Below, in pieces: positions 18,375-26,974 of a stretch of DNA of 64,000 bases; position 1 is the first letter of the stretch, and every line of letters begins with the position of its first letter. Below the pieces are notes generated by a model. The model was not told where the DNA came from, did no database searches, and worked only from the letters and a program-made list of their open reading frames with translations. The position numbers and the translations under genes are program-made. Origin of the DNA: a virus (lineage: Duplodnaviria; Caudoviricetes); the IMG/VR virus record IMGVR_UViG_3300043173_000386, positions 7,344 through 71,343 of that record, one strand, 5' to 3'.

Positions 18375-18592
18375 TCTCGATCTTCCATCGACTTGACCGC
18401 GTGGCCGGCGTCGTTCCGCTCGTAATATCCGACCGGCTCTATGGTTTGTGAATAGCTCCAATTTATGAGTTCAATCAGCGGCATTTGCAGAAATTCCGTT
18501 TGATCCTTGTGGTGCCGCATGTAATCGGCAAATAGCTCATCCAGCGACCTGTGCAGCTCGATGTGGCGTTGTTTGTGTTCGTCAGGCGTCAC
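18371..18592 (-). CDS. Hypothetical protein
   Basis: HKQRHIELHRSLDELFADY small helical phage protein; coupled. Confidence 0.65.
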   Translation of the reverse strand: MTPDEHKQRHIELHRSLDELFADYMRHHKDQTEFLQMPLIELINWSYSQTIEPVGYYERNDAGHAVKSMEDRE

Positions 18593-19004
18593 GGTTCAAT
18601 CCTTCGCTGGCGATCTCACGCACACCCTCGACCACATGGCGCATATTGCTGGCACTGATCGCCGTGAGGCTCAGGCCGGCAGCTTTCAGCACTTCCTCGG
18701 CCTTCTTGAAGTCGGGCTCAGGAAATACCGTCAGCGGATAGGCGTCGGCCCATTGCACGATGCGATAAAGCGCAGCCTGGTACTGTTCGATCTCATCGTC
18801 GGTGCTGCGGTGGTACGGCCCGGTAATGGTGCGGGACTCAAGCCAGCGCATCGGGTCAAGCTCTGTGTCGAACTTCACGCTGTACAGGCAGCCATTCATC
18901 GAGACAATGGGGATCGTGGCGTCCTCGTCCTTCTCGTCGCCGCAGAGGTACATTCCGGGGTTATCGAGCATGGCCTGAATATCGGGCGGTATCTGGTCAG
19001 TCAT
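18582..19004 (-). CDS. Hypothetical protein
   Basis: ATG 19004 in ATGA overlap; C-terminal WADAYPLTVFPEPD...ISASNMRHV pattern typical of phage early proteins. Confidence 0.65.
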   Translation of the reverse strand: MTDQIPPDIQAMLDNPGMYLCGDEKDEDATIPIVSMNGCLYSVKFDTELDPMRWLESRTITGPYHRSTDDEIEQYQAALYRIVQWADAYPLTVFPEPDFKKAEEVLKAAGLSLTAISASNMRHVVEGVREIASEGLNRDA

Positions 19005-19255
19005 TTGCCGTAATCCTCGACCTTCATTTCCAGCGCCTCGTCCAGCTTCTTCTCCCAATTTCGCTGACTCTTGATATCGTGGAGCAAATAGCGGGCGCAG
19101 GACTCGATCTGTCGCAGCCGGGACAGCTCACGGTAAAGCTCGGTTCTTATTTCGTTTCGCACCCCGCCGATTATGATTAGCAGCTCGACCTTATCATCCA
19201 GCCCGAGGCCTTCAACCAGCGCAAATAGCTGTTTGGTGTACTTGTCGTCGCTCAT
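19001..19255 (-). CDS. Hypothetical protein
   Basis: ATG 19255 in ATGA overlap. Confidence 0.6.
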   Translation of the reverse strand: MSDDKYTKQLFALVEGLGLDDKVELLIIIGGVRNEIRTELYRELSRLRQIESCARYLLHDIKSQRNWEKKLDEALEMKVEDYGK

Positions 19256-19566
19256 AGCTCGGCCCTTATTTTGCACACGCGCCACATCAGCTTGTCTTGG
19301 ATTTCCAGCTTGGCGACCTCAAGCCGCATGTAGTAGCAGGGCAGACCGTCAGCGGCATCAATCGGGTTGCCGGGGCTGAACTCGATCTGCGCCTGGTAGT
19401 GGCCGCGGTCGCAATAACTCGGCCGTGGATTGATCCACGCCAGCATGGTGTCGTCAATGTAGAGTTCCAGCAGACCGGGATAGGCCTCGTTCTCGCGCCA
19501 CTCGGCCCGCTCGATGTTGTCGCGCAGCCACGCCTCGGCGGCTAATCGCTCGATTGTCTCAGTCAC
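19252..19566 (-). CDS. Hypothetical protein
   Basis: Contains RPSYCDRGHY pattern; coupled. Confidence 0.65.
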   Translation of the reverse strand: MTETIERLAAEAWLRDNIERAEWRENEAYPGLLELYIDDTMLAWINPRPSYCDRGHYQAQIEFSPGNPIDAADGLPCYYMRLEVAKLEIQDKLMWRVCKIRAEL

Positions 19567-19987
19567 GCATCACCACCCCTGTTTGCTTGTAGAAGAACTC
19601 ATGCTGTGCCTGTTTCTCGAATTGATCGGCAAGCGCGCGCAGCGCCTCGGCTGGCGTGTGTTTCTGTTCATGGCTGTAGAGTGCGTACTCCTTGAATACG
19701 CCGCCCACTACTGCCGCTGTCCAAGCCCAACCGCTCTGACATTCCAGCGATATCTCAATGCTCGATTCGCCGTAAGTCGCGTATAGAGGCTCCCGGTTCT
19801 CATGCGTGGCGCGTTGGAGTTCTGAAAGCTGGCTGCCCCACCCGGAAAATATAAATAGGTCGTCCTCGCCGGTCAGTTCTTTGTACGCGGCTCGCACGGC
19901 ATCGCGCATGGGCTTATCAGCACCATCCGGCACCAATGCCCGCGCCACTTCGCCAATTTGGCAGTCCCACATTTTTAGTTGAGTCAT
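19559..19987 (-). CDS. Hypothetical protein
   Basis: Start at ATG 19987 (ATGA overlap); DKPMRDAV..AY...FIFSGWG pattern. Confidence 0.65.
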   Translation of the reverse strand: MTQLKMWDCQIGEVARALVPDGADKPMRDAVRAAYKELTGEDDLFIFSGWGSQLSELQRATHENREPLYATYGESSIEISLECQSGWAWTAAVVGGVFKEYALYSHEQKHTPAEALRALADQFEKQAQHEFFYKQTGVVMRD

Positions 19988-20196
19988 TGCAGCTCCAATG
20001 GCAGCCCTGCTCGGCCGCAGTAGCCCTTCGGTCCCGGCTCGGATAGGTAGGAATCCGGCCCCGTTGTGAGTGTCTCGGTCCAGCGCCAGCCCATACACAT
20101 ATTTGTGCAGCAATATCGGACGCCTTCTCTCTCGACGCCGCAGCCCTCGACGCAGCACTGCGTCATTTGGGCCTCTGCTTGGGTCACGGCGCTCAT
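19984..20196 (-). CDS. Small Cys-rich protein
   Basis: ATG 20196 in ATGA overlap; CCVEGC, CCTNMCMGWRW, GYCGRAG. Confidence 0.65.
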   Translation of the reverse strand: MSAVTQAEAQMTQCCVEGCGVEREGVRYCCTNMCMGWRWTETLTTGPDSYLSEPGPKGYCGRAGLPLELQ

Positions 20197-20561
20197 ACAA
20201 ATATCGCCGGCGGCACCGGTATCTCGGTGTCGTGTGGGCGCCAGATATGCAGCACGTTGTCGTGAATGTTGATGTGGCGCTCTGGTGGCAAATGGAGCTG
20301 CATCGCCGTTTCGTCGGCGTTGAAAAACAGCCGTTTGACGTACTCCATTTCCAGCCAAGTCGGAATCCGCTTGGGACAGGACACCGACACATGATCCCAA
20401 CCGGCGTCATTGGCGGCAACAACCTTCAACCGTTGTTTGCTCGGCGGTATCGCCGGCAGCAGGAAGGCGCCGCCATGCGCCGCTTCCTCGACAGTCTCAT
20501 TGACCGCAATCAAGTGTTCTTGGGGATGCCGGTGGTGATTTAGCTCGTTGAGATCGCGCAC
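20193..20561 (-). CDS. Conserved phage hypothetical protein
   Basis: GWDHVSVS...PTWLEM..VK.LFF..DE..MQLH...HIN.H...LHIWRP; GTG 20561 after a triple-GGA leader. Confidence 0.75.
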   Translation of the reverse strand: MRDLNELNHHRHPQEHLIAVNETVEEAAHGGAFLLPAIPPSKQRLKVVAANDAGWDHVSVSCPKRIPTWLEMEYVKRLFFNADETAMQLHLPPERHINIHDNVLHIWRPHDTEIPVPPAIFV

Positions 20562-20584
20562 CTGGTTGTCCTGTCCTGTTCCTG

Positions 20585-20734
20585 TCAAGTCTGTGGCGGG
20601 TCAATTTTAACGAGCCACCACTCGCCGCCACCGTTCAAATACTCGTCTGCGTACTCGGTGGCGGTGTTGCCATCATCAAACGGCCCAATGATACTCAGTC
20701 CGTCGATTGGATTACCGTGCAAAATAACATACAT
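20585..20734 (-). CDS. 49-aa hypothetical protein (not in ORF track)
   Basis: MYVILHGNPIDGLSIIGPFDD...; preceded by GAGGA. Confidence 0.6.
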   Translation of the reverse strand: MYVILHGNPIDGLSIIGPFDDGNTATEYADEYLNGGGEWWLVKIDPPQT

Positions 20735-20755
20735 TTCTTTTGTCCTCTACGTTAA

Positions 20756-21595
20756 TTAGGGGTGACTTGCCCTCTTTGCCTTGGCCTCATCGAGCCAGTT
20801 CAAAACGCTTGGCGCCGTTATAGTCCAAGGCTCGCGGGGCAATCCAGCGATAACCTGAAATTTGTAATCCTGATAAAACTGTTGGGTTTTGTCCTCGTCG
20901 TTCGTCACGTTGAATAAAATGGCATAGGCGAGCTGCGCCGGGCCTGATCCACCGTAGCCCCACGCGAACCCATCGGGGCTGTGATTCACTTTATCGAGGC
21001 ACTTGGGCAGCGGCGCGGTCAGGCGGCCTGTCTCCATCACCAATACGTCGCCCACATGCGGGTAATCGTCGCTTTCCGGGTTGTTGACATAGGTTCGGTC
21101 CATCACCCGCGCAAAGGCCTTGCGCTCTTTGTTTTCAATCGCCTCTTTGATGCGGCCGACCAGCCCATCGTCCAGATGAATCACCGGCAGATCGGACTTG
21201 CTGGCGCTCTCGGCCATTGCGTCGGTGTATTTCTGCGCCTGTTCCAGCGCACCCGCGGCATCGAGCCAGATCACTTTATCCATCACTGAGGTCGTCGTGA
21301 TACCGGCATCGAGGCTGGCGCTCTCGCCATCGACGGTACTGCCAACCATCACCATGCGGCCACAATACAGCGTGGGCGAATCAACCAGGGCGAACCATGC
21401 GTACTGCATCCAGTTGCCATTGTCGTCCAAGTAGCCGGTCGTTCCGCCGCCAAAATTCACGGTGCAGAACAGATCGCAGGGCCGATCGCCCTCGTCATTG
21501 CTAATCAGGCGTTGAATCTCCCGACAGTCGGCCTCGCTCTGTAGCTCGTAAACGCTGCGATCGTAAGGGTCAACTACTATTACTCGGTGTTCCAT
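20756..21595 (-). CDS. Two-domain hypothetical protein (DUF3846-like N-term + DUF6166-like C-term)
   Basis: VIVVDPY...YLDDNG...GRMVMVG; NHSPDGFAWGYGGSGPAQLAYAIL. Confidence 0.7.
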   Translation of the reverse strand: MEHRVIVVDPYDRSVYELQSEADCREIQRLISNDEGDRPCDLFCTVNFGGGTTGYLDDNGNWMQYAWFALVDSPTLYCGRMVMVGSTVDGESASLDAGITTTSVMDKVIWLDAAGALEQAQKYTDAMAESASKSDLPVIHLDDGLVGRIKEAIENKERKAFARVMDRTYVNNPESDDYPHVGDVLVMETGRLTAPLPKCLDKVNHSPDGFAWGYGGSGPAQLAYAILFNVTNDEDKTQQFYQDYKFQVIAGLPREPWTITAPSVLNWLDEAKAKRASHP

Positions 21596-21627
21596 GATTC
21601 CTCTCCTGTGTGTAAGTCGGTACTAAA

Positions 21628-21674
21628 TTGGGGCCAACCCGTAGGCACTCATGCGCCCCACCGGGCAGCCCCAA
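21628..21674 (-). promoter_or_regulatory. CGC-AUGA-GUG RNA hairpin on an extended stem (copy 1)
   Basis: UUGGGGC...GCCCG..GGGCGC AUGA GUGCCU.CGGGU.GCCCCAA on the minus strand, intergenic, upstream of the gene starting at 21595. Confidence 0.65.
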
Positions 21675-21721
21675 CCTGCTAACGACTCGTTGCAGTCTCC
21701 CAATCAGAGATATCGAGCCGT

Positions 21722-22336
21722 TCAACTCGCTTTCCGGTGCATCCGTGAGCGGCCCCGGTAGAAAATGCGCTTGAACTGTCCTTCTGGACTCTCGGCCAGT
21801 TCCAATTCCTGCGCCTTGCAATCAATCTCTTGCAGGGTGTCCATGCTCCAATCGTCGTCCTGTTCCATCGTTTTGAGCGTGAACTCAGCAAACTCAATTA
21901 GTCGCGCTTTCATGGTTGTCATGCCTTTATCCTCGATAGGTGTGGCGCTGATATCGAAATCCTCTAACACCTTGATTGGCACCGTTTCGTGAAAGTAATC
22001 AAGCGCGCTGCCGGGACTCTCGGCCTCAATGTCATACACGCCGACCACCCCTCGATCCAGTCCATGCAAATCCTCGGGCGCTCGGCCGCTTGTCACCTTG
22101 ACTCGATATTTCACGCGCGGCGCGATCTTGACCTCACAATCGGGCTGGTTCTCGACTGTTTCCAGCGGACACCCAACAGCCTCATTCCACTCGTCGCCGG
22201 GTCTGTCGCCTTCGCTTAGGTTGGCGATCCGCTTCAAAATGGCGGCGATCAACTCGGTTGGACTCGCCGGCCATTCGGCCGGTCTGTCCGTATCCAGGCT
22301 AAACGCGAACCCGTACAGGTGGTTGTACTTCTTCAC
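21722..22336 (-). CDS. Multi-domain hypothetical early protein
   Basis: GTG 22336 overlapping the upstream stop. Confidence 0.65.
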   Translation of the reverse strand: MKKYNHLYGFAFSLDTDRPAEWPASPTELIAAILKRIANLSEGDRPGDEWNEAVGCPLETVENQPDCEVKIAPRVKYRVKVTSGRAPEDLHGLDRGVVGVYDIEAESPGSALDYFHETVPIKVLEDFDISATPIEDKGMTTMKARLIEFAEFTLKTMEQDDDWSMDTLQEIDCKAQELELAESPEGQFKRIFYRGRSRMHRKAS

Positions 22337-22722
22337 AGCGCCGCCTCGGCCTTTTGCAAGGATTTGATTGCGTGTTCCGGCAGCTTGTATTTCTTGCCAT
22401 CGTCGCGTGTCGCAATGATCGGGAACTTGCGCGCCTTGGCGCTGATGCCGGCCAGCGTGTAGTGGTGGCCGTTGTAGTTGAAGGCCTCGCCGCGTTGATC
22501 CGCCTTGAGCCGGTAGAGCAAACACATTTGCTCGTATTCTTCCTTCTCCGGATCGTAGCCCTCGACCGCCACTTCCAGCTTGAACTTCACAGCATTGTCG
22601 GAATAGCTGGCGTTACCACAATGGATGGTGACGCCCAACTCCTTAGCCAGCGGCACAAGCGCCGCGTTCAGTTCGTCGCGCAGGGTTTTGCACAGTGCGC
22701 GTGTGATTTTCTCGATCTTCAT
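22333..22722 (-). CDS. Conserved phage early protein
   Basis: ATG 22722 after a triple-GGA leader; LRDELNAAL...FPIIATRDDGKKYK pattern. Confidence 0.75.
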   Translation of the reverse strand: MKIEKITRALCKTLRDELNAALVPLAKELGVTIHCGNASYSDNAVKFKLEVAVEGYDPEKEEYEQMCLLYRLKADQRGEAFNYNGHHYTLAGISAKARKFPIIATRDDGKKYKLPEHAIKSLQKAEAAL

Positions 22723-22787
22723 TCCTGTTCTCCTTTCCTTTGGTGTAAAGCAAGAAGGGCAACACTCGGAAGTGCTGCCCGTTTTGC

Positions 22788-23099
22788 TCACGCCAATTCG
22801 GGCGTGTATTTGAACGTGGCGCGGCTGTGCGGCTTGTTCATGGTCGCGGTCAGTTCGTTGGCCCTGATGCGGGCCTCATCCTCAGTAAACTCGCATTCCT
22901 CACCGTCTGCCTTGAGATAGGCTTGGTTGTAGCCAGTGATGCCGCCGCTTACCTCACACAAAATGCGCCAGTTCCGCACACCGTCGAAAATAGTCTCGCA
23001 TTCGACCACTTCCTCGTATTCGCCAAAGCGCGAAATTGGAACCTGGTGGACGATTTCGCCCGTTGATATGTGTCTGAATTGCTTGCTTGTGAATTGCAT
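22788..23099 (-). CDS. Hypothetical early protein
   Basis: Triple-GGA leader; WRILCEVSGGITG..AYLK pattern. Confidence 0.7.
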   Translation of the reverse strand: MQFTSKQFRHISTGEIVHQVPISRFGEYEEVVECETIFDGVRNWRILCEVSGGITGYNQAYLKADGEECEFTEDEARIRANELTATMNKPHSRATFKYTPELA

Positions 23100-23117
23100 T
23101 CCTGTACTCCTTTCCTG

Positions 23118-23471
23118 TCAGTGCCAATAGAGCGCGATCCACGTATCAGGGGCTAATTCCCTGACATACGCGATCGCTGCCCTGAGTTTGGGGTATTCGG
23201 CCACATAGGTCATGGCGGCAATGTCGCCGGCCTTGTAGATGCGAAACTCGTCGCCGTATGGGTCTGTGGTGCCTTCCATGTGGCCGTAGCCGGGCTCATC
23301 GTTGTCCAGCTTGCTCACATAGCTCGACCAGTTCACCGGCGGGTCATAGCCGCGTAGCTTCCGCAGTTCGTCGTGATATTCGTAATTGCTGCCTACATCA
23401 ATCAGCGTGTGGGCGTAATTGAAGTCCATCGAGCTAGTGCCTAGCACCAGAAATCCGAGGTCAACACTCAT
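23118..23471 (-). CDS. Hypothetical early protein
   Basis: Ends IALYWH; coupled. Confidence 0.7.
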   Translation of the reverse strand: MSVDLGFLVLGTSSMDFNYAHTLIDVGSNYEYHDELRKLRGYDPPVNWSSYVSKLDNDEPGYGHMEGTTDPYGDEFRIYKAGDIAAMTYVAEYPKLRAAIAYVRELAPDTWIALYWH

Positions 23472-23949
23472 GGCTGAAATCCTCGATAAACTTGTCGATT
23501 AACTCGTTGCGCCGGTCTTTGTCTTTCCAATCAGGCGGGCATTCGGGGATCAGGTCGGCAATGCGATCGCGCATGGTTGCGGTCAGCATGTTGTCACCCG
23601 AGGTCGTCGCGGCCAGATAGCCAATGCAGAACTTCACAAACTCCTTGTGATAGTTCCAAAATGTGTCGGTGTCGTCGGGATCGGTCAGCGCCAGATCGGC
23701 CACGCGCGTAATGAGTTGGTGTGCCATGTGGCGCAGTCCCATAGCGCGCTGTGCGTCTTTCCAGATACACGCTGCCGGGTGATTGTTGGCGGCGAAGGCC
23801 TCGACTGCGGCATGTGCGCCGCGGCCTCGCAAATAGACGCCATGATCGTCTGACATATCGGTGTACCAATCGAAGTGGTGTACCGCTAGGCAGAACTCCG
23901 CAAGGTCGCGGGGCGATTGTGGTAAGGCTTTGCTGCTTAATCTGCTCAT
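23461..23949 (-). CDS. Hypothetical early protein
   Basis: Triple-GGA leader; HHFDWYTDMSDDHGVY.RG pattern. Confidence 0.7.
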   Translation of the reverse strand: MSRLSSKALPQSPRDLAEFCLAVHHFDWYTDMSDDHGVYLRGRGAHAAVEAFAANNHPAACIWKDAQRAMGLRHMAHQLITRVADLALTDPDDTDTFWNYHKEFVKFCIGYLAATTSGDNMLTATMRDRIADLIPECPPDWKDKDRRNELIDKFIEDFSHEC

Positions 23950-23971
23950 TTCCTGTTCTCCTGTCCTGTGG

Positions 23972-24181
23972 TCAATCGTCTAGGGTTCGATCCTCAAACT
24001 TTAATTGCGCCTGAGCGTAAACAACTTCGGCCAGTTCCTCGGCCAGATCAGCGTCCCGCTCAGTGCTGAATACCGGGCCGGATGCCACGCTAATCAGCGG
24101 TATGTCTAAAATGGATTCGTCAAGGTCGTACACAACCACCTTGCAGCGCCACTTGCCTGTGATGTGGTCAAGCCGGCTCAT
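23972..24181 (-). CDS. Hypothetical early protein
   Basis: ATGA overlap with the upstream stop. Confidence 0.6.
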   Translation of the reverse strand: MSRLDHITGKWRCKVVVYDLDESILDIPLISVASGPVFSTERDADLAEELAEVVYAQAQLKFEDRTLDD

Positions 24182-24390
24182 TTCCTCGCCTCTTGTTTGA
24201 CCACCTTCGCCAGCACCTTGTAGATGGCGCGCTTGGTGGCCTTGATTGCGAAATCCTCGCCCTGCTCTCGCAGCACGTTATGGGCCGCATGTAGCGCAGT
24301 TGGGCCGGCATCCTCGATCGCCTCGACCAGCAACATCGCGCTGGCGGTGACAATCTGCTCCTGTTCTTTAATCGCTAATTCTCTGCTCAT
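24178..24390 (-). CDS. Hypothetical early protein
   Basis: ATG 24390 directly after the upstream stop. Confidence 0.6.
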   Translation of the reverse strand: MSRELAIKEQEQIVTASAMLLVEAIEDAGPTALHAAHNVLREQGEDFAIKATKRAIYKVLAKVVKQEARK

Positions 24391-24391
24391 A

Positions 24392-24733
24392 TCAGTATCC
24401 CGCGGCTTCGGCCGCATAGTCTCGTTGGCTGGCGTCTTTCACTTGCCAGTTGGGCCAGCCATCGGCGCTGATTTCTTCCAACCTGGCGGTGAGGTCGGTG
24501 TGCTGCGTCAGTCGTCCGTCGCAGTCGGTTCCGTCCGTAGTGATTGCCATGAGTAGCTCGCCGCGATCGAGGCTCCACGTATAGCCGGTGTGCGTCCAAC
24601 CTTCGTCATGGGCCTCGCCAAAACCCCAAGACAGGGATTGGCCCGGTTTGAGCGTTAGCGTTACCTCGCCCTCGTCTGGTCGGAATTTGAAGCGCGCATT
24701 GGGTGTGCCGGCTACCTGAGAAATAAGATTCAT
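24392..24733 (-). CDS. Conserved phage early protein
   Basis: NARF...LTLKPGQSL.W...DEGW...DGTDCDGR...QRDYAAEAAGY; AGGAGA RBS. Confidence 0.75.
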   Translation of the reverse strand: MNLISQVAGTPNARFKFRPDEGEVTLTLKPGQSLSWGFGEAHDEGWTHTGYTWSLDRGELLMAITTDGTDCDGRLTQHTDLTARLEEISADGWPNWQVKDASQRDYAAEAAGY

Positions 24734-24743
24734 TTTGTTTCTC

Positions 24744-25676
24744 CTAGACAAGTGTGAGCTGATGTGCTGTCGCGGCCCGGCCCCATTGATTAGCAAAGGC
24801 GGCGGCGATCCCGAGGTAGGTTCTGGCTCGATCCATCCAACGGGTATCGGATGGGCCTAGCTTGTTGTATCCGTTATCGGTCTGATTGGCCCAACGGGGC
24901 TTACCATCCACATAGCGGGGTTTGACGTATTCGGTGGGCTGTAGCAATGGCAAATTCTCAAGCCACAGGCCTGTGTTCTTGCTGGCATCCTCACCAAACT
25001 CGTTGGGTTGTATCCACTGGTCGGCCGGGCGTATGCGGGTGCCGATAACGCCGCGCGGGTTCTCAAGGCATTTGCGCCTGATCTTGGCGCCTAGCAACTC
25101 GCGCACAAAGTCCAGTGCTTCCTCGCGCGCTGCCCTGCGTTCTGCGCCTATCAGGGTGCCGGCCGCTATCTTCTTGGTCTGTACGTCGCGGTAGCACCAT
25201 TCGGCCGAACTGGTGAGGTAGGTGCAGTCGGGAAAGGCCAGCATGGTGTCCCAACCGTCGTTAATAATGTCGCGAACGTCGCCGCGATAATGGGGGCCGG
25301 GCTGTTCACTCTCCAACAGGTCGCAACTCAGAGCATCATGGCCCAATGCCAAGAACTCGTCGCGTACCCTGCCTGAGAACTCACAGGCGACCAGCACTCG
25401 GGATAAGGCATACTGCGCCACCCTTGCCCGGCCCCACGCTTCTGTGACCGCTGGCTCGATATCCGCCCACGAATCAACGTGTGGCATCTGCTTGTGAACG
25501 GCCGACTCCATCCATGCGTGTGCGTCGTCAAAATCAAATACATGGTCGATTTGAGGATCATGCTCTGCCACGTTCCTCAAATTGATCTGTGTCAGTTGGC
25601 TGCTGGTATGCGCTACCCGAACAGCCGCCGAGAAATCAGCGGCCAGCCGGGTAACGTCGAGCCCATGCGAGTGCAT
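24744..25676 (-). CDS. C5-cytosine-methyltransferase-like protein with N-terminal fused domain
   Basis: RVLVACEFSGRVRD...SCDL...GDV...WD.M.AFPDCTYL...LENPRG...IQP.EFG..ASK.TGLWL..LP.L; extra ~90-aa N-terminal domain. Confidence 0.75.
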   Translation of the reverse strand: MHSHGLDVTRLAADFSAAVRVAHTSSQLTQINLRNVAEHDPQIDHVFDFDDAHAWMESAVHKQMPHVDSWADIEPAVTEAWGRARVAQYALSRVLVACEFSGRVRDEFLALGHDALSCDLLESEQPGPHYRGDVRDIINDGWDTMLAFPDCTYLTSSAEWCYRDVQTKKIAAGTLIGAERRAAREEALDFVRELLGAKIRRKCLENPRGVIGTRIRPADQWIQPNEFGEDASKNTGLWLENLPLLQPTEYVKPRYVDGKPRWANQTDNGYNKLGPSDTRWMDRARTYLGIAAAFANQWGRAATAHQLTLV

Positions 25677-25678
25677 GT

Positions 25679-26032
25679 TCACGCGGCAGCGGCTCTCTTG
25701 TAGCCAGCGGCCCACTTGACCACGGCATCCTTGAGCGCCTTCTGCATGTTGGTCATTGGCCGGTATCCGTACTCGGCCATGCTCAGGTCGTCGCGACCAA
25801 TGGCCTCAAGCGCCGCCGTGACATTCATCAATTTCATTTCGATGCTGCCTTTGGATCGTGCGACCAGTGCGCCAAATTCGCCGCCGGGCTGTTGCAGTTC
25901 CTCGCCTCTGGCGTGTCGGATCATTGCGGCCTTGTTGTAATCCTCGCCGTGGGTGGAGTGCCACCACATGCTGCGATACAGGATTAGCGTGTGTCCGATT
26001 TCGTCGGCAGTCCAAGGGCCGGCGCCTTTCAT
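25679..26032 (-). CDS. Stand-alone domain resembling the N-terminal domain of HNH/restriction-type nucleases
   Basis: WT.DE...Y..M...G..YNK...RSKGSIEMKLMNV.A.L...G...GYRP..N.Q..L; ATG 26032 in ATGA overlap. Confidence 0.55.
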   Translation of the reverse strand: MKGAGPWTADEIGHTLILYRSMWWHSTHGEDYNKAAMIRHARGEELQQPGGEFGALVARSKGSIEMKLMNVTAALEAIGRDDLSMAEYGYRPMTNMQKALKDAVVKWAAGYKRAAAA

Positions 26033-26355
26033 GGGCAACACCCACAACACGGTGCATCTTCGCAACGTGGCCCTGATTTGCCGAGGAACGTGCCATCGGG
26101 TGAATAGGCGCCAGTGGGATCATAGTGGCTGGCGATACGGCCGGGCGACCAGTTCTCGCTTTCCTCTTGGGTGAGGGCTCGGGGGCTGTCATTGCCGTTG
26201 CGCTTGGCATTGGTGTTGACATACGGCTTTTGCTCATGGCACTCAAGGCCATAGATATGTTTCGGCCCGTAGTACCGGGCGCGAGCGCCGGCCGGCAAGG
26301 TGGCGCCACAATCGGCACATACCGCCTCGCGTTTAAGGGTGAGTGTCTTAGCCAT
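26029..26355 (-). CDS. Cys-rich early protein (CEDAPCCGCC family)
   Basis: N-terminal CADCG...CH and C-terminal RCEDAPCCGCC. Confidence 0.75.
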   Translation of the reverse strand: MAKTLTLKREAVCADCGATLPAGARARYYGPKHIYGLECHEQKPYVNTNAKRNGNDSPRALTQEESENWSPGRIASHYDPTGAYSPDGTFLGKSGPRCEDAPCCGCCP

Positions 26356-26386
26356 CGGTTTCTCCTGTCCTGTTGTGAAAGCAATA

Positions 26387-26410
26387 AAGAGCCTCGGCAA
26401 GCGGGGCTCT
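26387..26410 (-). terminator. Possible intrinsic terminator/attenuator inside the early operon
   Basis: Minus strand AGAGCCCCG-CUUGC-CGAGGCUCU (one mismatch) followed by UUAUUGCUUU. Confidence 0.4.
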
Positions 26411-26419
26411 GTGCTGCTC

Positions 26420-26620
26420 TCAGGGGCCGGCAAATATCACCGAATCCTGAGCGTCCAGAACTCGCCAGAACTCCACTGCTGTCCAGCGGCTAAACAAGTC
26501 CTGCGCCGCGGCCTTGGCATCGTCGGCAGTCTCAAAGGTCACGGCGTTGCCGGTAAAGACGCCATCGCGATCGCCATAGGTGTTGACCTGATATCGAAAG
26601 GGTTTGGGTTTGGTGTTCAT
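26420..26620 (-). CDS. Small conserved early protein
   Basis: GNAVTFETADDA..AAQDLFSRW..V..WRV; triple-GGA leader. Confidence 0.7.
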   Translation of the reverse strand: MNTKPKPFRYQVNTYGDRDGVFTGNAVTFETADDAKAAAQDLFSRWTAVEFWRVLDAQDSVIFAGP

Positions 26621-26715
26621 TCCTGTACTCCTGTCCTGTGGTGGTGAATCCGAATCAATATGATGAATAGAAAGTGCGCCAAGAAAAGCAGTTCTGTTGT
26701 CGCCATTACGTCCAT
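26617..26715 (-). CDS. Possible 32-aa hydrophobic peptide
   Basis: MDVMATTELLFLAHFLFIILIRIHHHRTGVQE fills the gap; weak RBS. Confidence 0.3.
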   Translation of the reverse strand: MDVMATTELLFLAHFLFIILIRIHHHRTGVQE

Positions 26716-26719
26716 GCCG

Positions 26720-26974
26720 TTAGTCCTGTGGGTTTGCGTATTCGGGGTCATTGAAGAAGGGATCGTCGGGGCCGTTCTCGTTTTCGTACACTGAACCGCG
26801 GCGCGTGAACGCGGCAACGGCTTCGTCAATCTGACGCAGGGCCGGCGAGGGTACGTGCTGTTTGAGTATGTCGCGGAGTAGCGATTCCAGTACCAGCCAA
26901 TCGAGCTTGCGGTCTGGTCGATCCCATAGAGCGTCGATGCGCTCGTTGATCGTCGGGCGGGGTTCTTCGGCCAC
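26720..26974 (-). CDS. First gene of the leftward early transcript, hypothetical
   Basis: GTG 26974 preceded by ACAGGAUAAGGAGAACAGGAUA. Confidence 0.65.
   Translation of the reverse strand: MAEEPRPTINERIDALWDRPDRKLDWLVLESLLRDILKQHVPSPALRQIDEAVAAFTRRGSVYENENGPDDPFFNDPEYANPQD

Noticed and set aside
19559-20422. 287-aa ORF from the track
   Set aside because: Its 5' half overlaps two better-supported coupled genes; the ATG at 19987 with ATGA overlap is the likely start.
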